A stretch of DNA of 64,000 bases, from NCBI GenBank assembly GCA_964576435.1, contig CAZNUP010000001.1, positions 162,345-226,344 on the forward strand, in the 5' to 3' direction. How positions within the stretch are numbered: position 1 is the stretch's first letter; the number at the start of each line of letters is the position of its first letter. This document shows positions 46,251-56,800 of the stretch, piece after piece. Below the pieces are notes generated by a model. It saw only the letters and a list, made by a program, of their open reading frames with translations, was not told the origin of the DNA and did no database searches. The stretch is from an uncultured Gammaproteobacteria bacterium. GTDB lineage: Bacteria; Patescibacteriota; Microgenomatia; JAMCZE01. The position numbers were made by a program, and so were the translations under genes.

Positions 46251-47486
46251 ATGGCCGAACCACAACCTAGAACACGATCAAAAGAGTCTCTTAATGAAGA
46301 ACAAACTGTCAAGCGACTGGAGTCGATTGATTACAATCCTTGGGCTAGAATTGCCTTAGCGACGAGGTCAATTTCAGGTTACGCCCCAGATGCGAATGCG
46401 TTAAACATGGTATTGGCCGATATCAGGAATAATTCCGACCCGCTTGGGAACCGTCTTTTATTGGTTAGGGAATATCATGAACCATTTCAAAGTGTTCCCA
46501 TTGGGAAATCAGAATTTGAAAAAGTGGCAAGACAAAAAAACTCTTTAATGACATTTGAACAAGCCAGCAGTGTTCGTGATAATTTATCTTTTAATCAAGT
46601 CTGGCAGCAAGCGTGTAAGATAGCGGAAGAAGAAAGGCACACGCCACCTACAGCAGATCCGGTAGAAAATTTCGATTTAGCAGTTTACACAGTTCTTGAT
46701 TACTTTGAACAAGCTGAAAGAGTTAGAAATCTTTCAGCTACCGAAGGAGAGCAGCTTGCTGACCTCCTTCGTAATCAAGCTTACTCTCCAAATATTGTTC
46801 GGCAGAATTATAAAAGCACAATTTCTGGCGATAGTTTAGATATAGCACCTCTTTTTATTCCAAAGGGTGTCTATGCTCGTGGCACAGAGAATAGTGTTCG
46901 TGGTTTCAATGAAAGAGCTTTTATTCGGGATAGAAAAGAAGACATGGGGAAGCTTATGCAGTTAAGAAAAGATCTGGAAACAAAACTAACAACAGGCGCT
47001 GAAGCGGAGCGTGCCAACAAAATTCTTAACTACATAGATTCCCCTGGTTTCCCAGCTAGGGTGGCAGAGTCAGGAGCTCTTTTGCAACAAGGCAGAATTG
47101 AACGAGCTGCTATTTTAAACCTAATTTTAGGGGCCGTATTTGTTGGTGTTGTTTCTGCAGCAACTGAGCACAATCCTGCTGCTGAATTGGGGGCTTTGGG
47201 GTTGTGGACTATACCCGCTGTGTATCTCTTTATGTTTAAATATGAAAAAGTTGGACAAATAATTGAAAAGCTTGGAATATCTTTAAATCGTGGTCCCATA
47301 AGCGTGAGTACTCGTGGCTCTGAATCCGAAACAATATTCCAGACCTCCCCAACTCCCCCTGCCGAGGTGCAACCTAGTCCAGAAGGATCGCGTTCTCCTA
47401 CAACCCCCGACTCCTCTCAAACTCCTCCTGTGGCGGATGTGTTTTCTCAAGGCAAATGGAAGCCATCGCAACGTAGGAGAAATTAA
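46251..47486 (+). CDS. hypothetical protein with C-terminal TM helices and Pro-rich tail
   Basis: 411-aa ORF with no known domain. Confidence 0.35.
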   Translation: MAEPQPRTRSKESLNEEQTVKRLESIDYNPWARIALATRSISGYAPDANALNMVLADIRNNSDPLGNRLLLVREYHEPFQSVPIGKSEFEKVARQKNSLMTFEQASSVRDNLSFNQVWQQACKIAEEERHTPPTADPVENFDLAVYTVLDYFEQAERVRNLSATEGEQLADLLRNQAYSPNIVRQNYKSTISGDSLDIAPLFIPKGVYARGTENSVRGFNERAFIRDRKEDMGKLMQLRKDLETKLTTGAEAERANKILNYIDSPGFPARVAESGALLQQGRIERAAILNLILGAVFVGVVSAATEHNPAAELGALGLWTIPAVYLFMFKYEKVGQIIEKLGISLNRGPISVSTRGSESETIFQTSPTPPAEVQPSPEGSRSPTTPDSSQTPPVADVFSQGKWKPSQRRRN

Positions 47487-47513
47487 TTATCGATATATAA
47501 ATAATACTGCTTT

Positions 47514-47960
47514 ATGGAAAATAAAAATTTAAACCCTTCAGATATTTTACAAAAAATAGTCAATTCGCTTGGGTATGCCCAGAAAGAAAAAGAAAATATT
47601 CTTGCGGGCTTTCGGGTTTTATGTACTAATAGACTAGGAGAATCAATGTCTGACTATTTGAAGGGAATTCCCCAATCTGAAAACTTGACAAAACTGTTTA
47701 CGGGTGACTATATAGATGAGGAAATATTTGTCAAACAAGTTTCAAATCTGCTTTCTTCGGAAGAAAATTATAAAATAGATAAAGATAAAATTTTATCTTT
47801 GTATGTTAACTCTATTATGTCGTCATTTGTAGATGTACTGGGTGTTATTGAGGAAACTGCAAATTCGGAAGAGAAAATGGTTATCCGAAAAATTTTGTCC
47901 GAAAACAAGTTAACTCAAGAGTTATTCCAATTATGGCAGGAGAATCACAAATCACTTTAG
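47514..47960 (+). CDS. hypothetical protein
   Basis: 148-aa ORF. Confidence 0.3.
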   Translation: MENKNLNPSDILQKIVNSLGYAQKEKENILAGFRVLCTNRLGESMSDYLKGIPQSENLTKLFTGDYIDEEIFVKQVSNLLSSEENYKIDKDKILSLYVNSIMSSFVDVLGVIEETANSEEKMVIRKILSENKLTQELFQLWQENHKSL

Positions 47961-50038
47961 GAAACCGATGGGAGCGTGTACCTGTTCCCTCAATAAAAGA
48001 AAAAGGTCTTGAAGCATGGCCGATAAAGCCTTTGAAGGAACTTGTTGGAGAGAATCCGATCCCTCAAAACGAATCAACCTCTCCAATAGCGATTAGAAGA
48101 AGCTTAGATATTTCTGTGGGTGATGCACTATTAAATACAGGAAATAACGATGATCTATCGAAAGTAATAAGCTCCGCTATTTCAGATTTCTCAGAGCTAC
48201 CAGTTGACTGGATTCAGACAGTTCGAAAAGTATCTCAAGAAGTTGGGGAAAGTAAGGCAGATTTAATTCGGCTTTCAGCTCATAATATGGAGGAGTTGGG
48301 GAGGGTGGCTCAAAGAAAAGTAAACATGGGGGAGAACCCTGAGAAGGAGCAAATTCAAAATTTTCTCCAGAGCGAGGTCAGTACAGTCAAACGAGCAATA
48401 GAATCCGGAGAATGGTTGTTCAAACCCATTTCTGGAGGCTCGACACCATGGATTGAAGACCCTGGAGGAATGCTGGATACAATAAATGCAGACTTGGCAG
48501 CATCTGCAGGTAATCCGGATGAGGTGCGTACCTTACAGACAGTTAAGAGAATATTTAGCGATTATAATGACGACATTGATCCAACAACTGAAACAGCAAG
48601 AAGCTTAGATGTTTTAAGAGAACAATTAAGTCAGGCTAAAGTGACAAAACCCGATATTATAGAACACTATTTAGATCAGGTTTCTGCTTATCGAAGAGCC
48701 AATAGACCTGCCCTAGATGCTGTTCAAGGTGCTTTAAACGCAGAAGCTCGCAGCGCATCAGGGATTATTACTTCAGAAATGGCTGAAGATAGATTTAATA
48801 GGTCTCCAGATAAAGTGGGGTACGTGCGAGCTAGGATAGACTGGATTAGAGGGATTTATAAAAGTCCGGATGAATTTCGAGGTACACACTTTGTCCCATA
48901 CGAAGAACTTGTGAACGCCGAAGCAGCAATTCAGGCCTATTCCCCTCGTCTTTGGTTGGAAGAGCAATACACTTTCCCCATGATTTCGGTTGGTATGGTG
49001 GCTCGCGGTGCAAACGAAATGACTGATATACTGCAGCAGGCCGGTAAGTGGACAGCTGAATTTTTCCAAACAATGACCAGACTTCCTTTGACTCAGGCAG
49101 CGACTGGTAGCAATGTTGAGGCAGTAGCCAAGGGTTTTTCTCTTTTGGAGCGGTACAAGGTGGAGTATATGCGTCTCCCTAGAGAAAACAAAAGTGAACT
49201 TATAAATGTTGTTTCTTGGATGATCCACGGCTATTCTGAAGCTGACTCTCGAGCGCGAGCTGCAGCCAACATGAAAGCGCCCTATTTTTCAGCAGCTATG
49301 GATGCAGAAGATCTTTGGCTAGGGACTTTAAGAGGCATAGTTCCTGCCAAATCTGGGACCGATGTATTAAGAGAAAGTATTGTCTACCCTGCATACAGGC
49401 TTGCTAATATTCAATCATCAGTCAAAGCAAATCCAGAAGTTTTAAGATTTTTTAAAGAAGAAGGCAATAAATATGTTGATCCTTTTTTTGTTGACTTTTG
49501 GACCTATTTAGCTTTCTCTAAGCCTGAGAGAATAGGTTTGCCAACAGGGATGCTTCAAAGAACCCCAAGTGGGGGGTATAGGATGGAGAATAATTTACAG
49601 AATGTTAATATCGCCTCAATAAATTTCCAAGCAGACATGAAGCCAAACCAATTTTTTAGTAAGTACCTTGCTTACGCGACCAATGCAGATAAATTCAGAG
49701 CCTTAGCAGAAAAGGGCGGTGTTTTTACAAATCCGAGAGACATGGAAGTCCTATCTAAACACATTGCTGATGGGCTATGGAATAAACAGGATTATGGTGA
49801 AGAAGGGGAGATTGGCGAGCTAAGGGCAGCGGCTATTTGCAATGTGGCCGAAGGGATAGTTGAGTTTAATAAAAGAAGTTTTAATAGTCCTGCAAAAAGA
49901 GATATAAAGGGAAGTTGGCCTGATCAATGGGATCATAAAACTATCAAAAATCAATTAAACAAGTTAACGGCGCCACCATTTAATATAAGTCCCAATAGTA
50001 GGGTATTTAACCGCCTCAAGAAAAAGTACGCTGTTTGA
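47933..50038 (+). CDS. hypothetical large protein
   Basis: 701-aa ORF with no Walker motifs or other recognised signature. Confidence 0.35.
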   Translation: MAGESQITLGNRWERVPVPSIKEKGLEAWPIKPLKELVGENPIPQNESTSPIAIRRSLDISVGDALLNTGNNDDLSKVISSAISDFSELPVDWIQTVRKVSQEVGESKADLIRLSAHNMEELGRVAQRKVNMGENPEKEQIQNFLQSEVSTVKRAIESGEWLFKPISGGSTPWIEDPGGMLDTINADLAASAGNPDEVRTLQTVKRIFSDYNDDIDPTTETARSLDVLREQLSQAKVTKPDIIEHYLDQVSAYRRANRPALDAVQGALNAEARSASGIITSEMAEDRFNRSPDKVGYVRARIDWIRGIYKSPDEFRGTHFVPYEELVNAEAAIQAYSPRLWLEEQYTFPMISVGMVARGANEMTDILQQAGKWTAEFFQTMTRLPLTQAATGSNVEAVAKGFSLLERYKVEYMRLPRENKSELINVVSWMIHGYSEADSRARAAANMKAPYFSAAMDAEDLWLGTLRGIVPAKSGTDVLRESIVYPAYRLANIQSSVKANPEVLRFFKEEGNKYVDPFFVDFWTYLAFSKPERIGLPTGMLQRTPSGGYRMENNLQNVNIASINFQADMKPNQFFSKYLAYATNADKFRALAEKGGVFTNPRDMEVLSKHIADGLWNKQDYGEEGEIGELRAAAICNVAEGIVEFNKRSFNSPAKRDIKGSWPDQWDHKTIKNQLNKLTAPPFNISPNSRVFNRLKKKYAV

Positions 50039-50049
50039 AATTTACCTCT

Positions 50050-51612
50050 TTATTTAATTTGCCCTTTTGAAGGTAGGTTTCTCAAGAGAATATTAGGTTT
50101 ATTGGATGTGGGTTTATTGGGAAGTGGAGTACCTCTTAAATCGGCCTTTATTTTCTCTTGACTGTAGGTCTCCCATTCTTTGGCAGATTTACCTACCAAT
50201 TCTCCGTAGCCATAAGAATATGCCCTTCCCCCAGTATTATTCCATCCGAACTTAACCGCTTCAGTCCAAGCACCTGCCCACTTAAATGCTGGAGCCTTGA
50301 ATGTTTGCTGTAGAATCTCTAAAGCCTTTGGAATTGTAAGTAAAATGCCAATTCCAATTAAAGCTTGAATAGCTTGTTGATTGTTTCCACCAATTAAGGG
50401 TGGAACAAATCCTTGCCCTTCTGGCCCAATCCATTGAGGTCCATTAGGACCAGCTAAGGCTAGAGCAACGAACATCATGCCGATAACAAGAGGGAAAGTC
50501 ATAAGGTTTGCGAGAAGTGTCCTGACCCATGCCTGAAATTGATTTTGTCCAGGAACAGCGTCAAGCATAAGCTGTAGAGGAGCAAAAATGATCGCTAAAA
50601 TAATATTCACATATGCTCCCAAAAGAACAAGCCATGTTTTGAAAAGTGCCCAAAGTATGGCAATTGCTACAATCAAAAATCCAAGGCTTCCGCCAACTGC
50701 TCCAAGAATTACGCCAGTCCCCCCACTAACACCCACGTTTCCAAGGAATTGGATAATAATTGCGTTAATAGCATAAAACGCACTCAAGCTCACTCCAACT
50801 CCGCCATTAATTCCACCTCCTAAGAAAAATGAAAAAATTGTCTGTCCACTAAGTAGATTTTGTTTAATACTATCTACCTGGCTAGACATGCCACCTATTG
50901 ATGACAGAACTGCCAAAAATAGATTGATCATTACGTACATTATGTCGATTAAAAATCCAGCAATGGCATAAGAAAAAGTCACCAATATTAATGCCATAAC
51001 AATTTTAGGTAAAGCCGTCTGAACTGTCGCAACAGTTTTTGGATCTATTTTAAATCGAAGCATAATCATAATACCGACTGCCACAAAAATAACGGCAAAT
51101 ATTACATATGCGACATTTCTAAATGCAGTCCAAATTTGAAGTACTGGTTGTAAACTAGTAAATCCCACACCGCCCACAGTTGCTGCGTAAGCTGGTTCTG
51201 TTCCAGGGACCTGAATCCGTGATGCGATATAGTTTGTAAAATCAGCTCCTGACGCGGGTTTTGTCGAAGCCATATAAACAATGCCGTTTCCAAACATACT
51301 AATTGCTCCAGGAACAAATCCGGTAGTTTTTTGCCCTGTTGCAGTCGTGACTGTCTTGGGATACCCACTGATTGCAAGTCCAGCTCCTCCCATGACGGGT
51401 CCGGTTAGCCATCCCATTGCCCAGCATTGTTGATTGGTGGGAAAGCAATTCTCAAATGCCTGAATCATGGTTTCAGGTGTTTGTATTTCTGGATTTTGTG
51501 AGAGAGTGCCCGTCACACTACCCGGTGCAATAGGCGCAGCAAACACTGGCTGTAGAACTCCACAAAAGACAAAAACACCAAAAAGAAGCACACTAAAAAA
51601 CGCCCTTTTCAT
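50050..51612 (-). CDS. polytopic membrane protein, VirB6/TrbL-like topology (tentative)
   Basis: I trimmed the start to MKRAFFSVLLFGVFVFCGVLQPVFAAP (signal peptide). It has an extracytoplasmic N-domain, at least 6 TM helices with Gly-rich segments, and a C-terminal tail. It is co-oriented with three VirB2-like genes. Confidence 0.35.
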   Translation of the reverse strand: MKRAFFSVLLFGVFVFCGVLQPVFAAPIAPGSVTGTLSQNPEIQTPETMIQAFENCFPTNQQCWAMGWLTGPVMGGAGLAISGYPKTVTTATGQKTTGFVPGAISMFGNGIVYMASTKPASGADFTNYIASRIQVPGTEPAYAATVGGVGFTSLQPVLQIWTAFRNVAYVIFAVIFVAVGIMIMLRFKIDPKTVATVQTALPKIVMALILVTFSYAIAGFLIDIMYVMINLFLAVLSSIGGMSSQVDSIKQNLLSGQTIFSFFLGGGINGGVGVSLSAFYAINAIIIQFLGNVGVSGGTGVILGAVGGSLGFLIVAIAILWALFKTWLVLLGAYVNIILAIIFAPLQLMLDAVPGQNQFQAWVRTLLANLMTFPLVIGMMFVALALAGPNGPQWIGPEGQGFVPPLIGGNNQQAIQALIGIGILLTIPKALEILQQTFKAPAFKWAGAWTEAVKFGWNNTGGRAYSYGYGELVGKSAKEWETYSQEKIKADLRGTPLPNKPTSNKPNILLRNLPSKGQIK

Positions 51613-51658
51613 CACATTTAGAATGTCAAATTTTTGTCCCTTTGTCAACGTTAAAAGG

Positions 51659-51994
51659 TTACTGAGAAACGTAGACACTGAAGTTTTGAAGAGGATTTGG
51701 AATTCCAAGAAAACTAGCTACTATATTTGAAGCAATAAAGATAAAAAGTGCTGCTACAACCCCAATAATTGCATAGGTAAATGTTTTTTTGCCTTTTTCT
51801 AAAGCTTTAGCGTCACCTCGGGAAATAATAATTTGTAAAATCCCCCACAACATAACAATAAGTGCCACTGCCCCAAGGAACATTATTAGAATTCCAATGA
51901 TGTTGGCAACAACAATTGTTAAACATCCTAGAGAGGGTACTGTGCCATTTGCTAGTTCACAACCAATACTTGGGTCATTTGTAATGCTTGCCAT
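51659..51994 (-). CDS. VirB2/TrbC-like small pilin paralog 1 (two TM helices with charged loop)
   Basis: 111 aa. ...IVMLWGILQIIISRGDAKALEKGKKTFTYAIIGVVAALFIFIA shares the hairpin-helix layout of the next two genes. Confidence 0.4.
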   Translation of the reverse strand: MASITNDPSIGCELANGTVPSLGCLTIVVANIIGILIMFLGAVALIVMLWGILQIIISRGDAKALEKGKKTFTYAIIGVVAALFIFIASNIVASFLGIPNPLQNFSVYVSQ

Positions 51995-52066
51995 GCCCTA
52001 TCAGAATACCAAAAACCCGCTCGTTTTAAAAGCGGGTTTAGGATTTTTCTTCTAAAAAATCAAAAA

Positions 52067-52480
52067 TTACAATTGTGGAACAGTCAAACCTGTTAAGCCA
52101 TTTGATAGTCCAAAGAATGTAAAGATGATGTTGATAAGGACCCAAGAAGCAAGAACAATTGCAAGTCCTACAAGGGCTGCAGTAACTGATGCTTTTGCTT
52201 TCCCAGTTGCTTCTTTGTCACCACCACTAAGTACCCACTTAATACCACCATAAATTAAGTACAAAAGTGCTGCCACAAAGGCCACGAAAAGTCCTACGTT
52301 AACAGCTGTAGTTACAACTACATCTAGTGTTACATTGCAAAGATTAGACGGATCAATTCCCTGTTCTGTTTGGCCGCACAAATCCAATGCATAGGCGGGA
52401 TTGCTGTAGGCTAAAAATGCTGCTGCGGAGCTAAGTCCGATGATTACCTTTTTCATACACCTCCTTACAAGTTTATTCAA
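52067..52480 (-). CDS. VirB2/TrbC-like small pilin paralog 2
   Basis: 137 aa with a signal peptide ending AYA|LD. The mature part is LLYLIYGGIKWVLSGGDKEATGKAKASVTAALVGLAIVLASWVL: two hydrophobic helices joined by a Lys/Gly loop. Confidence 0.45.
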   Translation of the reverse strand: MNKLVRRCMKKVIIGLSSAAAFLAYSNPAYALDLCGQTEQGIDPSNLCNVTLDVVVTTAVNVGLFVAFVAALLYLIYGGIKWVLSGGDKEATGKAKASVTAALVGLAIVLASWVLINIIFTFFGLSNGLTGLTVPQL

Positions 52481-52538
52481 TTACTAACTATTACATTAAG
52501 ATTGAATCAGTTGACTTAAAATGTCAAGAACTAAATGG

Positions 52539-52910
52539 TTATATTATCAGTAATTTTACGCCAAAGAAGTTTCCAATTATTGTTAAAATAACAAAAGACG
52601 CAAGAGCTAGTGCAACCCCTAAAAGAGCATAAGTGACTGTGTTTTTTGCTTTTGCAGTTCCTTCTTTGTTTCCGCCACTTGTCATTATCATAATCCCTCC
52701 AATAATTGTAAAAAGTAAACCTGCTGAGAATATTAAAAATAAAAGCAATGAAATAACAGAAGGAACAGCACTATTCACAATGAAATCCAAACCTCCCCCA
52801 GGCGGCAGAATTCCAGGAGGTGCAATTGAATTGATCCATGTGCTTGGTGGTGCGACTGAATCACCAACAGCATAAACAGGTCTTGGTATAAAAATATTTA
52901 ATATGTTCAT
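52539..52910 (-). CDS. VirB2/TrbC-like small pilin paralog 3
   Basis: 123 aa. TIIGGIMIMTSGGNKEGTAKAKNTVTYALLGVALALASFVIL is clearly homologous to paralog 2. Confidence 0.45.
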   Translation of the reverse strand: MNILNIFIPRPVYAVGDSVAPPSTWINSIAPPGILPPGGGLDFIVNSAVPSVISLLLFLIFSAGLLFTIIGGIMIMTSGGNKEGTAKAKNTVTYALLGVALALASFVILTIIGNFFGVKLLII

Positions 52911-52912
52911 AT

Positions 52913-53797
52913 TTAAAAAAGCCCTGGAATACTAATTATATTTGCTCCAACAACTTGTAGTAGTACCAATGAAAACACTATCAATATTAATCCAGTTAAG
53001 ATCGAAGTAATATTTTCTCGAACTGCCTGCAATTTCTGAGGATCACCAGATGATACCATTAGTGTATAAGCAGTAATTAATGACATTAATAGAATTACAC
53101 CTCCAGCAATACCTAACGCCCATTTCATTAAAAATCCGCCTGCATCTTCAATTGTTCCAGTAGGAATACACCCGATAGCCGTTTGAACCCCCTCCTCTGT
53201 GCCACTAATGCACCCAGTCATAAGGTCCCATCCAGAATTGGCAGCCTGTACACAAGTTTGCGTTTTTTGGTCATAAACCTTACCAGCATTAAAATCGCAT
53301 GCAGTTGTTGGGCTGGTTGCAGTAGAGTTTTTGACTTCCTCAACAATTACCGCACATGACCGTAGATCGTTTCTCTCTAGTGCTGCCGAGGCTCCTCTGC
53401 ACAAGCCATCTTCACAACAATATTTTTCAAGTTCCGAAACTTCCGCCTTTGTGCAGTTAACTCTTAGCAAAGGATTAAAAAAAAGTATATTTGTTTGTCC
53501 TAGGGGGCAGGCGGGGACAGAGCCAGGAACAACACATTTATAGCCATCACATGTCTCTCCGGGACTGCATTGTAGGTTAATGGCTTTGTCCCATCCGGAA
53601 AGTGGTCGGCAGGCTGCCACATTGATTCCTCCAGCTTGAGCTAAAATAGGATAACATTTTGGCTGACTATCACCGCTGCATGCGTTTGCTACCATGCCAG
53701 TTGGACAACACAACTTGTCAGCAGCCTCTACATAGGATGGCGTGGCTGTTACTTTAAAAATTAAAATGAAAAGTAATAGGACTAAAACCTTTTTCAT
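52913..53797 (-). CDS. secreted Cys-rich protein with C-terminal VirB2-like pilin module
   Basis: 294 aa: a signal peptide, a ~200-aa domain with about 20 Cys, then a C-terminal GIAGGVILLMSLITAYTLMVSSGDPQKLQAVRENITSILTGLILIVFSLVLL repeating the two-helix pilin-like module. Confidence 0.4.
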   Translation of the reverse strand: MKKVLVLLLFILIFKVTATPSYVEAADKLCCPTGMVANACSGDSQPKCYPILAQAGGINVAACRPLSGWDKAINLQCSPGETCDGYKCVVPGSVPACPLGQTNILFFNPLLRVNCTKAEVSELEKYCCEDGLCRGASAALERNDLRSCAVIVEEVKNSTATSPTTACDFNAGKVYDQKTQTCVQAANSGWDLMTGCISGTEEGVQTAIGCIPTGTIEDAGGFLMKWALGIAGGVILLMSLITAYTLMVSSGDPQKLQAVRENITSILTGLILIVFSLVLLQVVGANIISIPGLF

Positions 53798-53815
53798 GAA
53801 TTCAGAATATCATAC

Positions 53816-56800
53816 CTAATGTGGTGTTTGTTCACTTGTTGAACCAGTTCCCGCCGGTTGTCCCTCAAATCTAAGAACTTGCTTAACAAAATTTGTTGCA
53901 TTCCAAAAACCTCCCAGTTTATAGAAAAAAAGTTTCCACCCTGTTTCTTTGTGTCCCGTGTCGTCAATTGAAAGACCACTTGAATTAGCTACCTGATAAT
54001 AAACATTATCGGTGCTTGCTGGAATTGGGTCAAAAGCTTTGTCAGCTTCTTCTTTGGACCTCAATACTTCAGTTTGTTCTTTAAATACTCGCAAGAATCC
54101 AACTGCTCCAATGGTGTTCTCTGCAATATCAAATAAATGGGGGAACACTGTCCTAACTTGAACAGTCTCATCAAAATTTTGTACACCAGGTTTTAGTGAC
54201 CCACCCGCTTTGTCTTGTTGGGCACATCGAATTTCACCGGCCGGTCCAACTGTGCAAATTTCTGAATCTGATGTTTCACTGATAGAGTCAACTTTGCATT
54301 CAACCGCCCGCTCATATTCGGACAACCCTGCTACAGGATTACCAAGTTTTGGATCGAGTTGGTAATTGGTTCCATCAATTCGTAAAGTTTTAGTTTCGTC
54401 ATACATTACGTTAGGTGACTTGCTATAAAAGTCTTCCCAATCCCTTGGTCCACAAGCATTTGGGCTAATATATTTCTTTGGATCTAACTCCTTTCCATAA
54501 GTTGGAAGGTTTTTTTGTAAAACCGCCGGATCAGCGCTTGTTATCAAACTCTCTCGAAGTTCCATGTCCTGCCTTGGCATAAGAGCGTTTTGGATTGCAT
54601 CAGTTACTAAAGCTAACCTTTGGACTTCTGGGACAGATACGTAAACTGGTCCATATTTTGCACTTTTTCCGTCATTCGTTTTAAATTTCTCTTGTCCAGT
54701 AATACTGTTATCTGCCATAACGCCAAAAACACTTGGTGCTATAAACTGGATTTCTCCTTGAGAAGCATCATTGGGAAATAATGGTACAGCATACCAATAG
54801 TTGCCAAATTCTTTTTCCCATGCGGTGTATAAGTCTCCATTACTTTTTTCGGGCGGGCAAGAGATTTGAGTTATATTCTTCCCAAATACCTGAAACTCCT
54901 TCCCTGTATAACTATATGATCCATCTGCGCCCTTTATTCTTTCAAGGTATTTTGTATTTTGCTCATTAATTTTGCGGTCTTTAACATACTGTATAAATTC
55001 ACACTTGAGTCTGTCCTGAGTGTCATTATCTAGAATTTTTCGAGCTACCCCAGATTGGTCCCATACTTTTTGCATTGTCTGTTGTGCTTTTTGGGGATCT
55101 CTTAAGTCTTGTTGCAACTTATCTAAATCCTCCTCACTTTGATGTTCGGCATCAAAGACTCCCGCAAAGTAGTCACCAAGCTTGGCTGCAAATGGTAAAA
55201 AGAATGAATTACTTCCATCTTTACCTTTAACTTCAATTTTGGCTCTGCAATTAGCATCTGTTAAACAGGCTCCAACAGTGGTTGTAATTTGTCCAATCTG
55301 TAAGTGCTCTCCCATTTGAATAGGTTGCCCACATTCTGAAACACACCTTGCCTTCTCGTTATAGGTTGGTACACAAGCTGGTAGTCCTTGAATATTTTCT
55401 TGAACAGTTTGGTTCTTATTGGGAGATTTTCCAATATGCTCATAATATTTCAGGCAGTACCCAAAAGTTACTTGGTCTTTTGGTGGTATTTCATTGAGTG
55501 GCACACAGGCATTACTTTGCATTCCCTTATAAACTTTCTGCCACAATTGGTAAATTGGATTATTGGTGCCATCATCAGCTTGTCCCATGCAAAATCCTAT
55601 GATGCTTCTTCCGTAATTTCCCGTCTTATCAGCCCCTCCTCCGCAATCATATCCTCCTTTAGAAACAAAGTCGGGTAGGGAGTCTGGATAACAAAGCCTA
55701 TGGAGTTCTTCACCCGTACACCAATCTCCCCTCATATTATCTTTGTCAATCAGTGATGGGTCGTGACAATATTTGGGTTCCTCGTGTGGGATAATTCCAC
55801 AGGAGTTTGAAACTGGTCCCAAATTTGTCCCATCACCAAACTTAGAATCCACAGCAATTTCTGGAGGACAAACTTGAATTGATCCAAGTGGTGGGTAAGA
55901 TGGGATATCTGAATTAGCCCCCAAGGTAGTGCCAGATTTATGGCTTGTTGATCCTCCGAGGTTAACTGATGCCTGATTATATTCACCTGATGCAACAAGT
56001 TGTCCATTTGCATTAGTTACGTAGTAGTAAGCGTGTATTTTTCCATCAGCATCTCTTACATAAGTCGTTACAACATCAAGCTGATTTCCATGGGGAGTCG
56101 ATAGTAGGGCTTCATAGAACTCCCACAATTTTTTGTCTATTCCTGGCTCAAATACCCCTCCAGGAATACCAAGTTCAGAAATGAGCAAAGGTTTACTGCT
56201 AACATCTTTGAAACCAGATCTACTTAACGTCAAAATTTCGTTTTCAAAATCAGTTTTGATAGTGTCAGCACTTGGTCCAATTACTATAAAAGTGTATGCT
56301 CCAATATTTTCTTTTATCCAGGTATCTACTCTATTTGCTTTTGTTCCAGGAACTAAAGTTTTTAAAGTTTGATAAACACTTGTCATAAAGGCGTCAGGAT
56401 TAAGTCCCGCCCCAGATGAAGAACATCCATTTGCTCCCGGTGTAGTATTTCCACAATAAGAAAGTGGTGACATTGATGGTTCAAAATTTTTCGCAGCTGT
56501 TGCAAATTCATAAAAAGCCTTGGCATAAGTTACTGGGTTTGCAGTACCACCCCATTCATTGTTTAAATTAGCTTCATTTCCAAAGTAAGCAAAGGGTGTG
56601 TGATTTTTGGGGAATGGTTTTTCAAGGGCTCCAATTGCATTATTTAATGCGATAGCATTTGCTTTTGCTGTCTCAGTGTCTATTGAGTCCCATTCGTCTC
56701 CCGCGTTGTCAGACGCCACGCGGATTACGACCTGGATCTTCTGTTCCTGTGCTGTTTTGAAAAACAAATCTAATTGTTCTTGATTAGCTAAATCAGGTCC

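Noticed and set aside
50050-53797. Calling the pilin-like cluster a conjugative type IV secretion system
   Set aside because: No VirB4, VirB11 or VirD4 ATPase, relaxase or VirB8/9/10 homolog is visible in the window. Only the topology of the pilin and VirB6-like proteins matches, so I report it as an uncharacterised pilin-like cluster rather than a T4SS.
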